Of a stretch of 47,476 bases of DNA, positions 1-10,423 are shown piece after piece. The notes under the pieces were generated by a model, which saw only the letters and a program-made list of their open reading frames with translations, ran no database searches and was not told where the DNA came from. Source of the DNA: Nostoc sp. (GTDB lineage: Bacteria > Cyanobacteriota > Cyanobacteriia > Cyanobacteriales > Nostocaceae); contig JBALDB010000012.1 in NCBI GenBank assembly GCA_036918135.1, positions 1-47,476 of the forward strand, given 5' to 3'. Every line of letters starts with the position of its first letter. Positions within the stretch are counted from its first letter, which is position 1. The position numbers and the translations under genes are program-made.

Positions 1-218
1 GATTTGTAATTCTACATCCATTGCCCTGCCTACCTGAAGAGAGTTTTTTCTTTTAATCCTTTTATTCAGAATACTCGGAAAGTGACAGAAAAGGGGTATA
101 AAGAGTTTCTACCTTCTGCCTCCTGCCTCAAAACCCGTAACTTTGTACTTCATGCAAATGAAAACTGCTGTAAATGTTTTAAAATAAGCATTTTTAACAT
201 CATGCCCTCATCAATTCA

Positions 219-1220
219 TTAATATGCAACTATTACTTGCTGTTCAGTAGGCGGCAGTGAATAAAGTTGGCAATGGGAAAAACCAGCATTGTTAAACATA
301 TTTTCGTACTCTGCAAATGTATAAGCATCGCCACTAGGAGTTGTTGCTAACATGACTAAGCCAAAACCAGCAGCAGCAGGTGGCGTAATCCTGTCAGAGT
401 TAGGAATAAAATCAAAAACGATAACTCTTCCATCAACGACGAGCGCGGTTTTGATTTTTCTGAGTAGTTGTTCGCAGGTTGTTACATCAAAATGATGTAA
501 GAAGTTGGGGAGTAAAACCAAATCGTAGTCATTGTCTAAATCCACTTCAAAAGCGCTACCAGCAATTGTATGGTAGCGCGAAGCCACTCCTTGTATCCTA
601 GCGTTTTCTTTAGCAACCTCTAGGACAGATGCCCAATCAACACCAAAAATTTCTGCATTGGGGTGATGTTGGGCAATTGCAATACCAAACAAGCCATGAG
701 AGGCTGAAATATCTAAAACTTTCACTGGCTCTATTTTATTCTCATTCACCAACTGAGCGATTAATTGTGCAGAGTTTGCCATCATCGGTGACATCGCTTT
801 TGCAAATTGCACCCATACTGGATTTTCTGGCGATAACGTTCCTTCGGACGATATGGCAGTTCCTCCCTTGACGACAGCGGCAGTCAGATCCTTAAAGCCA
901 TTAGTTATCATTGGAGATAGTAAAAACTCAACTGTATCTCCCATGTAAAATTTGCTTTGCCGATCCAAAAACATCGCTGAATCTGGCGTCAGCCTATAGC
1001 CTTCTGCTTCCTTTGTGATAAAGCCCATAATCACCAAGTAATCGCACAACATTCGCATACCTCGCTCAGAGGTTTGACACTTTTGTGCTAGAGATTGACT
1101 AGACTCAATTCCTTGACTAATGGCAGTAAAAACATTTAATTCAACTGCGGCTTTAATTGCCGCGCTATGTTGGTAAGCGTTAACTGTATTCAAGAATAGC
1201 GCAGGTGAGGGTGTTGACAT
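219..1220 (-). CDS. Class I SAM-dependent O-methyltransferase (Methyltransf_2 type with N-terminal dimerisation domain)
   Basis: 333 aa. N-terminal AAIKAAVELNVF dimerisation helix, motif I variant VLDISASHG, VDW, GSAF, DLVLLPNFLHHF. Confidence 0.9.
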   Translation of the reverse strand: MSTPSPALFLNTVNAYQHSAAIKAAVELNVFTAISQGIESSQSLAQKCQTSERGMRMLCDYLVIMGFITKEAEGYRLTPDSAMFLDRQSKFYMGDTVEFLLSPMITNGFKDLTAAVVKGGTAISSEGTLSPENPVWVQFAKAMSPMMANSAQLIAQLVNENKIEPVKVLDISASHGLFGIAIAQHHPNAEIFGVDWASVLEVAKENARIQGVASRYHTIAGSAFEVDLDNDYDLVLLPNFLHHFDVTTCEQLLRKIKTALVVDGRVIVFDFIPNSDRITPPAAAGFGLVMLATTPSGDAYTFAEYENMFNNAGFSHCQLYSLPPTEQQVIVAY

Positions 1221-1251
1221 ATAAAGCTTTTTGAATGACGAAATCTAATCA

Positions 1252-1295
1252 GCGATCGCTTCTTAAACAAAGGGGTATCGTTCTCAGGCGATCGC
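1252..1295. repeat. HIP1 octamers (GCGATCGC); two examples of a motif recurring throughout the window
   Basis: GCGATCGC at 1252-1259 and 1288-1295, with many more copies across backbone genes. Established cyanobacterial signature. Confidence 0.95.
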
Positions 1296-1506
1296 CATGA
1301 TGATACTTTTGAGGTTTTTAATACCACAATTATAAGTTGCACCTTCCTTAGAGTGACAATATTGTATTAAGGTCAGCAAAAAACCGACTCGGCACTTGAT
1401 TATTTATTCAACTACTTCATCGAAAATTAAACAGAATCAAACTATTTTGTAGAAGTTAATTGAAAGAGCTTTCAAAAACTAAGTCAAATACTAGTTGGTT
1501 TTACAA

Positions 1507-1800
1507 ATGCAGAATCCAAAAACAGCAATCTCCTGCGAACTATGTGAAAGAGAGATGGCCTCTTTAACTGTCCACCACTTAGTTCCACGACAAAATACTA
1601 AGCGCAAAAAGCAAGACCCAGGTCTAACTATAAATATCTGTTCTGCCTGCCATCGACAAATTCATGCTTTATTTGATAACAAGTTATTGGCAAAGGAACT
1701 TAACACTCTAGACAAACTCCGCAATCAGCCACAAATGCAGAAATTCTTGACTTGGGTAAGAAAGCAAGACCCCAACAAGCGAATAGCGGTCGATCGCTAA
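1507..1800 (+). CDS. Small stand-alone HNH endonuclease (YisB-like)
   Basis: CELC...TVHHLVPR...NICSACHRQIH zinc-binding HNH pattern. ATG at 1507 preferred over TTG at 1495. Confidence 0.8.
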   Translation: MQNPKTAISCELCEREMASLTVHHLVPRQNTKRKKQDPGLTINICSACHRQIHALFDNKLLAKELNTLDKLRNQPQMQKFLTWVRKQDPNKRIAVDR

Positions 1801-1911
1801 GAGGCGTTATCATACAATACGGCAATATCTTTAAGGTAGATTTTTAAACAGATACGAGTGCAGTTGGCATTGCTGTTTAGTCTGATTTCGGCTGAGAGAA
1901 GTGTGGCAAAC

Positions 1912-2775
1912 TCATGCAGGGGCTTTGCGTGCTAACTCTTGAATGTACTGCCGTAGTGTGCGTGGTTCCCGTTCGAGAATGGCTTGCAGCACAAGGGCAT
2001 TGCCGCCAGGAAAACCATATTGGTCGTAGTCGGCGTACATTTTTTTCAAGCCCTCGCGGGTGGAACCATCAGGAATATGTGTAGCCTGCGCCCACTCGTC
2101 AAACTCTAGTTCACCCGCCTCAATGGTACGCCCGATCGCCTCACTCATTAGCGCCACTAGTTCTACGCGGTTGACCATACCAGGGGCACATAGCTCGAAC
2201 GTGCCGTAGCCCAGCCGATCTCCCGTCAACGCCAGCGCCGCCACTTCTGCTACATCGCGGTAGTCTACGTAGGACGCCTTCGCTTGCTTGGAGTAGGGCA
2301 GGGAGAAGCGACTTTGCTCAAGCACGGCACTCCAGCTGTTGTCAAGAGTTTGCATGAACATGGTCGGTTGCAATACGGTGAACTCCATGCCTGATTCGTA
2401 CAACGCTTCTTCAACCGGACGTTTAGCTGCATGGTTGCTCATCTTGGAGATTGACGGGTGGATAGCACCGGAGAAGACGAACTTATGTACGCCAGACGCT
2501 TTGGCAGCCTCAACCATCGCCACGCCCAAGTCTGCCTCATTCGGTGCGAAGGCAGGGTTGATGTGAAAAACACCCTCAACTCCGCTAGCAGCAGCGCGAA
2601 GACTCTCTGGATCGTTGAGGTCTGCGATCGCTACTTCATCTACGCCTTGCTGCCGCACTGCGTCCGCTTTATCTTTGTCCCGCACCAATGCGCGAATCGT
2701 TGCGCCACGCTGCTTGAGTTCGGGTACGACGTAGGTGGCATATTTACCCGTTGCCCCAACCATCAATACTTTCAT
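1912..2775 (-). CDS. NmrA-family NAD(P)-binding protein
   Basis: MKVLMVGATGKYA Rossmann start, HAAKRPVEEAL, LQPTMFMQ, YVDYRDVAE. Confidence 0.88.
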   Translation of the reverse strand: MKVLMVGATGKYATYVVPELKQRGATIRALVRDKDKADAVRQQGVDEVAIADLNDPESLRAAASGVEGVFHINPAFAPNEADLGVAMVEAAKASGVHKFVFSGAIHPSISKMSNHAAKRPVEEALYESGMEFTVLQPTMFMQTLDNSWSAVLEQSRFSLPYSKQAKASYVDYRDVAEVAALALTGDRLGYGTFELCAPGMVNRVELVALMSEAIGRTIEAGELEFDEWAQATHIPDGSTREGLKKMYADYDQYGFPGGNALVLQAILEREPRTLRQYIQELARKAPA

Positions 2776-2810
2776 GGTTTTGTCCTAATTATTTTTATAT
2801 TTGCCATCAA

Positions 2811-2933
2811 TAATTCGTAATTAAGAATTACAAATTACTCGCTTGTATCTCGCACTACGTGTCTGGCTACAATTCTTTGTTTTAAGTGGGCTTATTCCCA
2901 CAACTAAAGTTATTTTAATTACGAATTAGGAAT
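2811..2933. repeat. AATTCGT/AATTACG-type heptamer repeats in inverted arrangement
   Basis: aattcgtaattaagaattacaaattac near 2812 and aattacgaattaggaatt near 2917. Confidence 0.55.
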
Positions 2934-3001
2934 TGTTTTTGTTAGTAATGAAATTTATTCACATAACTGACGCTTAGACGGTTGGCGATCGCTTAAACTT
3001 T

Positions 3002-3895
3002 CTATTGACTTGACTCAACATCAGACGCGCTTTCGGCTAGTTTTGCCCAGCCGCGATCGCGCAAATATGATTCCAAGTCGGTCGGGGAAGGAAAATCGCG
3101 TTTCAACTGAGTTAAATCTGCTGCGTAGCCGACGTTCTCAAACCAACGATACATGATGGTTATTTCCTCTCCAGCTTGCTGCTCAAATGCTTCAAAAGGA
3201 ATTTGTTGGTATTTGACGTTTTTTCCCAAAACATGGCCGAATGCGGCAGCAATTTCTGTCATTGTCATCTCCACACTGGCGACTTCTTTCTCACTTTTCC
3301 AGAAATCTGCGGGGCGCTCAAAAACCTCGGCAACCATTTCTCCGTAATCTTCTTCGGAAAGTTGCTGCAATTTCGTCTCAGGAGCAAGTGGCAGGGAAAG
3401 CGTTCCCTTTTCAATCATCGGGCGCATCCCATTGTAATTGTAAAAGAAGAAAACCGGACGCATAATTGTGTAAGGCAAACCGCTGGCTCGGATATATTCT
3501 TCGACTTGAAACTTGCTGTCAAAATGCGGAATGCCAGTTTTGCGTTCTGCGCTACCCACCGAACTGTAAACAAAATGCTGGATGCCTGCCGATAAAGCTG
3601 CGTCGGCGACAGCCTTGCCCTCATCGATTTCAGTTGACAACCCCTGTTGGAAGTTCTGTACCGAAAAAATGCCAGAAGTACCTTCTAAAGCGCTCTCAAG
3701 TGAAGCGCGATTGCTGAAATCTCCTTGTGCGAGTTCTGCACCAGCTTGTTTGAGTGCTTGGGCGGCAGGCTTATTTTGGTCGCGCACAAAGGCACGAACC
3801 GTAAAGTTTCCGCGTTGTAATAGATGACGCGCTACCGCGCCGCCTTGGTTGCCGGTCGCGCCGGTGACAAGAATTGTTCGATTTGAATTTTCCAT
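3002..3895 (-). CDS. NmrA/HSCARG-family protein
   Basis: ILVTGATGNQGGAVA, HFVYSSV, PHFDSKFQVE, MRPVFF motifs. Confidence 0.9.
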   Translation of the reverse strand: MENSNRTILVTGATGNQGGAVARHLLQRGNFTVRAFVRDQNKPAAQALKQAGAELAQGDFSNRASLESALEGTSGIFSVQNFQQGLSTEIDEGKAVADAALSAGIQHFVYSSVGSAERKTGIPHFDSKFQVEEYIRASGLPYTIMRPVFFFYNYNGMRPMIEKGTLSLPLAPETKLQQLSEEDYGEMVAEVFERPADFWKSEKEVASVEMTMTEIAAAFGHVLGKNVKYQQIPFEAFEQQAGEEITIMYRWFENVGYAADLTQLKRDFPSPTDLESYLRDRGWAKLAESASDVESSQ

Positions 3896-4074
3896 TTTTA
3901 TCTACCTAGTAGGTTGGTTATCTGATTGCCGAGCTTGCAAAAAATGAATTATATAATCGGGCGAGATGCTCTAGCGTTTATTGTCTTATTTGTGATGCTT
4001 TCGGCGCGAGATTGTCGCTGATTCGGATTTACAGCAGTTTTGATTTGCATGAAGTACAGAGTTAATGGTTTTAA

Positions 4075-4177
4075 GGCAGGAGGCAGGATAGCGCAGCTAA
4101 GCCGTGTCCGCGTACTCTTACAGAGAAGCAAGCTAGCAAGAGCGTCTCGTAGAGAGCGTCGGCAGAGGGCAGGAGGG
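4075..4177. repeat. Mosaic of Nostoc-type small dispersed repeats
   Basis: GGCAG(G/A)A heptamers flank TACTC-N5-GAGAAGCAAGCTA (recurs with a longer spacer at 34640-34666) and GCGTCTCGTAGAGA (recurs with one mismatch at 45335-45348). Confidence 0.65.
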
Positions 4178-4237
4178 AAAAGAATAATTTCTATATTGAA
4201 TTCTCCCATCCGGCATCAGAGCGTGCTTGCGTCCCTG

Positions 4238-6589
4238 TCAAATTGTTTCTGACGAACTTCCTGGGTAAGATTTTGTAGGAGCGTTTAATTGCTCTAAAGT
4301 ACTCATCGATGAGTCATATTGTGACATGGGGTATCTGCTTTGGGAATTTACTAAATCCTCAAAAGCTTCAACAGCTTCGACAGCTTTAAGCGCTTCCGAT
4401 GCAGACTGGTATCGCACTTTGAAGTCATCTAGTACCATTTTACTGAGAATCTGAGCTAGGGAGTTGCTCACTTGTACTCGATCGCTCCATTCGATCTGTC
4501 CGCTAGCATCTCTATCTAACTCGCGCGGTGCTATTCCAGTCAAGGCTTTAATTCCAACCATACCCACTGCATAGATATCACTACTGTAGTGTGGACGCCC
4601 CAAACATTGCTCGGTTGGTGCGTAACCTTGAGTCCCAATACCAATAGTGAAGGCAGTTTGCTCTTGAGGCTCTAGCTGTTTGGCACTGACTTCTTTGACT
4701 GCTCCAAAGTCAATCAGTACCAGTTTACCGTCTGAGTGTCGCCGGATGATATTACTAGGTTTAATATCCCGGTGAATCACGTTATTTTGGTGGACAAATG
4801 TTAATGTTTGCAATAACTCTTTGACAATTTTAATCGCTGCAATTTCTTCAATTGCTCTGCCTGGTGGCAGTTCCTGACTCAGAGGATGACCAATGATGTA
4901 TTCTTGTACGAGATAAAATTCTTCATCTTCTTCAAAATACGCCAGAAGTTGCGGAATTTGAGGATGAGTTCCTAATTTTTCGAGTGTTTGCGCCTCTGAG
5001 TTAAATAAACGTCTGGCAAGTTGCAATACTCCTGGTTTGGTATTGCTTGGTTTTAGTTGCTTGACAACACATCGCGGGTTACCAGGACGTTGGGTATCTT
5101 CGGCAATGTATGTTTCGCTGAATCCACCTGCACCGAGAACTTTGACAATTTTGTAGCGTTGAGCCAAGATTTTACCTGATAAAGCTAAATCTCGCTGCTG
5201 GATTAGCTGTTGCAGGTCATTTTGTTGGCTGATAATCTCTTGGACAATCGGAGAAGTTTTATATTTCTGAAATATGTCTACTAATTGGTGTTTTCTGATG
5301 TTTTCTCTGACCATTGAGGTTCCCAAGTAGCTCAGTCCACAAAAAGCGATCGCTACCATTGGTACAGTAGTAGGAAAAATTAATCGATCGTGAATAAATA
5401 ACCCATAGCTAATTACTAACCAAGTACCAGATAAAGCCAGACTATACAGAAATCGATTCAAACTATGCTTGCTTGTGCTAATCATTAAGGCTGTACTGCC
5501 AACTAAAATCAGCACAAACAAACCCTGCAATGGTAAAGTTTGGATTCCTTGAGCGATCGCTTTATCTGTCATTAAGGTTGCGATCGCATTGGCATGAATT
5601 TCCACGCCTGCCATCGGTTCGGGACTGTTACTAGCTGCTACTGGATAATAATCATTATTTAACTTATCTGTTGAACCAATCAAAACTATCTTGTCTTTGA
5701 AGACTTTTCCCTGCTGCAAATAAGTATTCCAGTTTTCCGGGTCGAGTACATACCAAAAGGGTATTTGCTCAAATGTCCCCGCAGACCCCCAAAAATGAAT
5801 GCGATCGCCCTTTGGTTGCGGATAATTTACTTGTGCTGCCAACAAGGCTGCTTCATCAAAGGAAGGTGGCTTCTTGCTAAATAAATTGTCTTCACTTAAC
5901 AAGTTGGAATCGCTTGCCAATTGATGAATTTTACCATCAACCTCCACAGGGAAATTAACTGCGCCAATGAATACTGACCCTGTGTGAAACATCTGTTGTG
6001 GCTCTGTTAGTTGGATAAACGAGCCTTGATATGTGTCGTAATTTTCATAAAGGGCTGCTAGGGTGACTTTGCTGCCATATTTTTGCAATCCTGCTTGGAG
6101 TTGGCGATCGTCGCTAGCTCCATAACTACTTGGTGTATCAAAAACAATATCTATAGCTACAGAACGCGCACCTGCTTTGATTAACTTAGCGATTACTTGA
6201 GCATAAGCAGCACGCTTATAAGGAAAAGATTTCAGTGTTTCTAGATAGGCATACTGTTTGGGATCTTTTTTATAGTACTGTCTTGGAACCGATATTGACT
6301 GATCGTCTATTGCTAAAATTACGATGTCTTGTGGAGGTGCGATCGCTCCACGCACTTGAAAAAACTCCGAAAGTGCTTGATTTTCCATTAATTGAACCGA
6401 ATCCCAACCAGAAGCAGTTAGCAGTGCTGCCCCTATTGCCCAAGTGCCAGCCAAGAGATGACCTACGCGAACTATCCACCTAGACTGGCGTGCTGCTGCT
6501 GTAGACGTGACTTTTGTTGGTTTACTTGAGTGTTTATTGGCAGTAGAGACAGAGTTTTTGGTTAAGGTAGATGTAGATTCTTCTGCCAT
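4238..6589 (-). CDS. CHASE2-domain membrane Ser/Thr protein kinase (Pkn2 type)
   Basis: CHASE2 motifs IVILAIDDQS and MAGVEIHANA, three TM helices, then a kinase domain with LGAGGFSETY, VVKQL, HRDIKPSN, DFG, GTQGYAPTEQ, SDIYAVG. Confidence 0.93.
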   Translation of the reverse strand: MAEESTSTLTKNSVSTANKHSSKPTKVTSTAAARQSRWIVRVGHLLAGTWAIGAALLTASGWDSVQLMENQALSEFFQVRGAIAPPQDIVILAIDDQSISVPRQYYKKDPKQYAYLETLKSFPYKRAAYAQVIAKLIKAGARSVAIDIVFDTPSSYGASDDRQLQAGLQKYGSKVTLAALYENYDTYQGSFIQLTEPQQMFHTGSVFIGAVNFPVEVDGKIHQLASDSNLLSEDNLFSKKPPSFDEAALLAAQVNYPQPKGDRIHFWGSAGTFEQIPFWYVLDPENWNTYLQQGKVFKDKIVLIGSTDKLNNDYYPVAASNSPEPMAGVEIHANAIATLMTDKAIAQGIQTLPLQGLFVLILVGSTALMISTSKHSLNRFLYSLALSGTWLVISYGLFIHDRLIFPTTVPMVAIAFCGLSYLGTSMVRENIRKHQLVDIFQKYKTSPIVQEIISQQNDLQQLIQQRDLALSGKILAQRYKIVKVLGAGGFSETYIAEDTQRPGNPRCVVKQLKPSNTKPGVLQLARRLFNSEAQTLEKLGTHPQIPQLLAYFEEDEEFYLVQEYIIGHPLSQELPPGRAIEEIAAIKIVKELLQTLTFVHQNNVIHRDIKPSNIIRRHSDGKLVLIDFGAVKEVSAKQLEPQEQTAFTIGIGTQGYAPTEQCLGRPHYSSDIYAVGMVGIKALTGIAPRELDRDASGQIEWSDRVQVSNSLAQILSKMVLDDFKVRYQSASEALKAVEAVEAFEDLVNSQSRYPMSQYDSSMSTLEQLNAPTKSYPGSSSETI

Positions 6590-7339
6590 ATCGTGTTACT
6601 GATTGATTGAAGTCCAATATTTTTTTTAGGTCACTTTTTACTACAACCGCATTGAAATAAGACTTAAAATGCTAATCTTATACATTTGTAAAGTATCTTT
6701 TATTCATCAAGAAACTTTCCTTGTCAAAGCCAGCCTCCAAAAGATTCTTTCTCAAGCACTGCCTAACTTATTCCTTCTCGTGTTGAGTGAGTTACAACTA
6801 GTGATTCTCCCATAGATTGGAGCCAATATACTCAGCCTTTGCACTTGTTTACTACGAGTTTACTACGAGATTTTACTTCAATCTTAGCAACAGGTATGCT
6901 TTTAACTAGGTGCTTTCCTAGAAGCGGTTCCAAGTCCGTCTTCTGTTTTGGGCGCAACTATTGGTATCAATCGCAAAGTATGTCCTAATACTGAAAGCTT
7001 TACTTACTATATAGGCATTCACTTATATTCTTCCTGAAGGTTATGCCATACCTCTTTAGAAGTAAACTTTAGTGTTATGCAGTTATGAATGCTGTTACTG
7101 GGTCAATTTTATTGGTAAATTTTGATGTACAGGGTGGCTGTTGCAGTACCGGAGGTGAATAAGGCTTAGCACCCACGATCTTAACTCTAATGTTGCAGCC
7201 GTTTTTATGCCTTGAAAGAGGCGGGATCAAAGCTATAGATAAAAACCTACTTTATAGATATTAGCAAACAAGGCATTTGAAAATTGCTATAATCTATTGT
7301 TCCATCTAAATTCATTTATATTATTAGGTGTAAATTTGT

Positions 7340-7864
7340 ATGGGTTCTCCAATGAATCGTCTGTCTATTTTTGTAGATGGAAACAATATGTTCTATGCTC
7401 AACAAAAAAATGGGTGGTTTTTTGACCCGCGACGAGTCTTAGAATACTTCAAACATGAGCAGTCAGAAACAACATTAATCAATGCATTCTGGTACACTGG
7501 TTTAAAAGACCCACAAGATCAACGAGGTTTTAGAGATGCTCTAATTAGTCTGGGATATACAGTCCGAACTAAAATTCTTAAAGAATACTATGATGATACT
7601 TCTGGTCGTTACTCACAAAAAGCAAATTTAGATATTGAAATTGTTGTCGATATGTTTAATACAGTAGACCAGTACGATCGAGTGGTATTATTTAGCGGTG
7701 ATGGAGATTTTGAAAGAGCAATCGAACTATTACGTTCCAAAAACACACATATTACAGTAGTATCAACAGAAGGAATGATTGCTAGAGAACTCAGGAACGC
7801 TACTGATAGATATATAGATTTAAATGATATCAGAGAACAAATAGAAAAAACCGATGGGCAGTAG
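7340..7864 (+). CDS. labA: LabA/LalA-like NYN-domain protein
   Basis: IFVDGNNMFYAQQKNGWFFDPRRVL and LFSGDGDFERAIELLR match the cyanobacterial LabA family. labA cannot be separated from its paralog lalA by eye. Confidence 0.8.
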   Translation: MGSPMNRLSIFVDGNNMFYAQQKNGWFFDPRRVLEYFKHEQSETTLINAFWYTGLKDPQDQRGFRDALISLGYTVRTKILKEYYDDTSGRYSQKANLDIEIVVDMFNTVDQYDRVVLFSGDGDFERAIELLRSKNTHITVVSTEGMIARELRNATDRYIDLNDIREQIEKTDGQ

Positions 7865-7957
7865 ATTTAATAATTATTTACAAAGGTAAAAGTATAAATA
7901 AAAACTAAGTTTGAAGATATTTTCAGTCAAAAGTAAAAACTAAACAAAAAAACGCAA

Positions 7958-9562
7958 ATGACAACTAAAACCGATAAAATCCTGATTTTTGATACTACAC
8001 TGCGAGATGGAGAGCAGTGTCCGGGAGCAACTCTAAACATAGACGAAAAATTAGTTATTGCCAAACAATTAGCAAGGCTGGGTGTCGATATAATTGAAGC
8101 GGGATTTGCCTTTGCCAGTCCCGGAGATTTTGAAGCAGTGAGCAAGATTGCTGAAATTGTTGGGACAGAAAATGGCCCTGTAATTTGCAGTTTGGCAAGG
8201 GCGATTAAAGCAGATATTGAAGCTGCTGCCGAAGCATTAAAACCAGCAGTCAAAGGTAGAATTCACACATTTATTTCGACTTCAGATATTCATTTAGAAT
8301 ATCAGCTGCGGAAGTCACGGGCAGAAGTATTAGCGATCGCCGAAGAAATGGTGGCTTATGCTAAATCCTTCATGACAGATGTCGAATTTTCGCCGATGGA
8401 TGCAGCCCGTTCCGATCCAGAGTTTTTGTATCAAGTATTAGAAGCGGCGATCGCAGCTGGTGCAACAACAGTTAACATTCCCGATACAGTTGGTTACACC
8501 ACCCCTAGCGAATTTGGAGCGATGATTAAAGGCATTAAAGAAAATGTTCCCAACATCGACCAAGCGATTATTTCGGTTCACGGTCATAATGATTTAGGCT
8601 TGGCAGTTGCTAACTTTTTAGAAGCCGTAAAAAATGGCGCACGCCAACTAGAATGTACAATCAATGGCATTGGCGAACGTGCCGGCAATGCATCATTAGA
8701 AGAATTAGTAATGGCGTTGCATGTGCGGCGACAATATTTTAATCCTTATCTCGGAAGACCAGAAGAATCTCAAGAATTCCTGACAAATATTGACACGCGT
8801 GAGATTTATAGAACCTCACGTTTAGTTTCTAATTTGACAGGAATGCTAGTGCAACCAAACAAAGCGATCGTTGGGGCAAATGCCTTTGCCCATGAGTCTG
8901 GCATTCACCAAGATGGCGTATTAAAAAATAAGCTCACCTATGAAATTATGGATGCCCAATTGATTGGCTTGACAGACAATCAAATAGTTTTGGGTAAACA
9001 TTCAGGGAGAAATGCTTTTCGCACCCGGTTAAAAGAATTGGGTTTTGAATTGTCAGATAGCGAATTAAATAAAGCATTCGTCAGATTCAAAGAAGTTGCA
9101 GATAAAAAGAAAGAAATATCCGATCGCGATTTAGAAGCGATTGTCAACGATGAAATCCAACAAGCACCAGATTTATTCCGTGTAGAACTAGTGCAAGTTT
9201 CTTGTGGTAGCAACGCCTGTCCTACCGCTACAGTTACCCTGCGTACTCCAGAAGGTGAAGAATTAACCGACGCCGCAATTGGTACTGGGCCAGTAGATGC
9301 AGTTTACAAAGCAATCAACCGTGTGGTGAATGTGCCCAACGAATTGATTGAGTTTTCTGTGCAATCAGTAACAGCAGGTATTGATGCTATTGGCGAAGTG
9401 ACAATTCGTTTACGTTATGAATCTAGAGTATTTTCTGGTCATGCAGCGAACACAGATATCATCGTGGCATCAGCGCAAGCTTATGTAAACGCCTTGAATA
9501 GGTTGTATGCATCTTTGCAAAATCAAGAAAAACTAGAAGGTGTATCTGCACAGAAAGTGTAA
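7958..9562 (+). CDS. leuA: 2-isopropylmalate synthase
   Basis: [42 protein letters not shown] and a C-terminal regulatory domain (GTGPVDA). Confidence 0.97.
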   Translation: MTTKTDKILIFDTTLRDGEQCPGATLNIDEKLVIAKQLARLGVDIIEAGFAFASPGDFEAVSKIAEIVGTENGPVICSLARAIKADIEAAAEALKPAVKGRIHTFISTSDIHLEYQLRKSRAEVLAIAEEMVAYAKSFMTDVEFSPMDAARSDPEFLYQVLEAAIAAGATTVNIPDTVGYTTPSEFGAMIKGIKENVPNIDQAIISVHGHNDLGLAVANFLEAVKNGARQLECTINGIGERAGNASLEELVMALHVRRQYFNPYLGRPEESQEFLTNIDTREIYRTSRLVSNLTGMLVQPNKAIVGANAFAHESGIHQDGVLKNKLTYEIMDAQLIGLTDNQIVLGKHSGRNAFRTRLKELGFELSDSELNKAFVRFKEVADKKKEISDRDLEAIVNDEIQQAPDLFRVELVQVSCGSNACPTATVTLRTPEGEELTDAAIGTGPVDAVYKAINRVVNVPNELIEFSVQSVTAGIDAIGEVTIRLRYESRVFSGHAANTDIIVASAQAYVNALNRLYASLQNQEKLEGVSAQKV

Positions 9563-9833
9563 AAACACTTCTGTCTTGATTTGCAGGTAGTTGGAAAGCA
9601 TAAGTAGGGTAACACATCTGTGCTACCCTACTTTTTTATCTATATTTTGAATTCTGTTTACTATATCAGTTTGTATCATAATTAAAGTCAAACGGTATAA
9701 CGCACCTTGAATTGTTGACGGTGTGTTGCAGCAATCTAATTTGCCTAACTCACGATCGCAGCAGAGGCGATCGCTGCGAGTTATTTTGCATCCCTGCGTA
9801 GTCATAATAATAAGTTTTCAATCGAACATGATA

Positions 9834-10271
9834 TTAAGCGCGATCGCAATTATAATTTAAACGCATCATGATTCTTTCCGGCTCAGTCAAATTTTTAAAA
9901 CCATAACGCCGATAAAGTCCATGAGCATCTCTTGTACCTAACATCCATCTTTGAATATCTTGCAATTCTGGATATTCTAAAATATATTCTACAAACCATT
10001 TACCTAAACCCTGTCCTCGGTAAGGCTCCAAAATAAAAACATCTTTTAATAACGCAGAAGTTGCATAATCAGTAATGACTCTAGCAAAACCAACTTGTTG
10101 TTCGCTCTCATACAATCCAAAACATAAAGAATTGTTGATTGATTTTTCGACAATTGCTAATGGGATGTTTTCAGCCCAATAAGAAGTTTGTAAAAAATCA
10201 TGAATCATTTTAATATCTAATTTAGATTTATCAGTGTTGATGTAGAATTTATGTTTTAACTCTTCGTTCAT
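9834..10271 (-). CDS. GNAT-family N-acetyltransferase
   Basis: QVGFARVITD, YRGQGLGK acetyl-CoA motif, DAHGLYRRYGF. Confidence 0.9.
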   Translation of the reverse strand: MNEELKHKFYINTDKSKLDIKMIHDFLQTSYWAENIPLAIVEKSINNSLCFGLYESEQQVGFARVITDYATSALLKDVFILEPYRGQGLGKWFVEYILEYPELQDIQRWMLGTRDAHGLYRRYGFKNLTEPERIMMRLNYNCDRA

Positions 10272-10423
10272 AGTTGATTTAATAATTAAAAAATAATAAT
10301 TAATTATAATTCATTGTTGTGCTTAGTGAATTGCAATATTCAGATGATGAAAATACTGAACCATTAGCTGCAAACCAAAGCTATATTCGGTGTTCAAGGA
10401 TATGGGTGCATTTAATATTGATT

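Noticed and set aside
3949..4252. 86-aa and 70-aa ORFs
   Set aside because: They span dispersed repeats and have no protein-like features.
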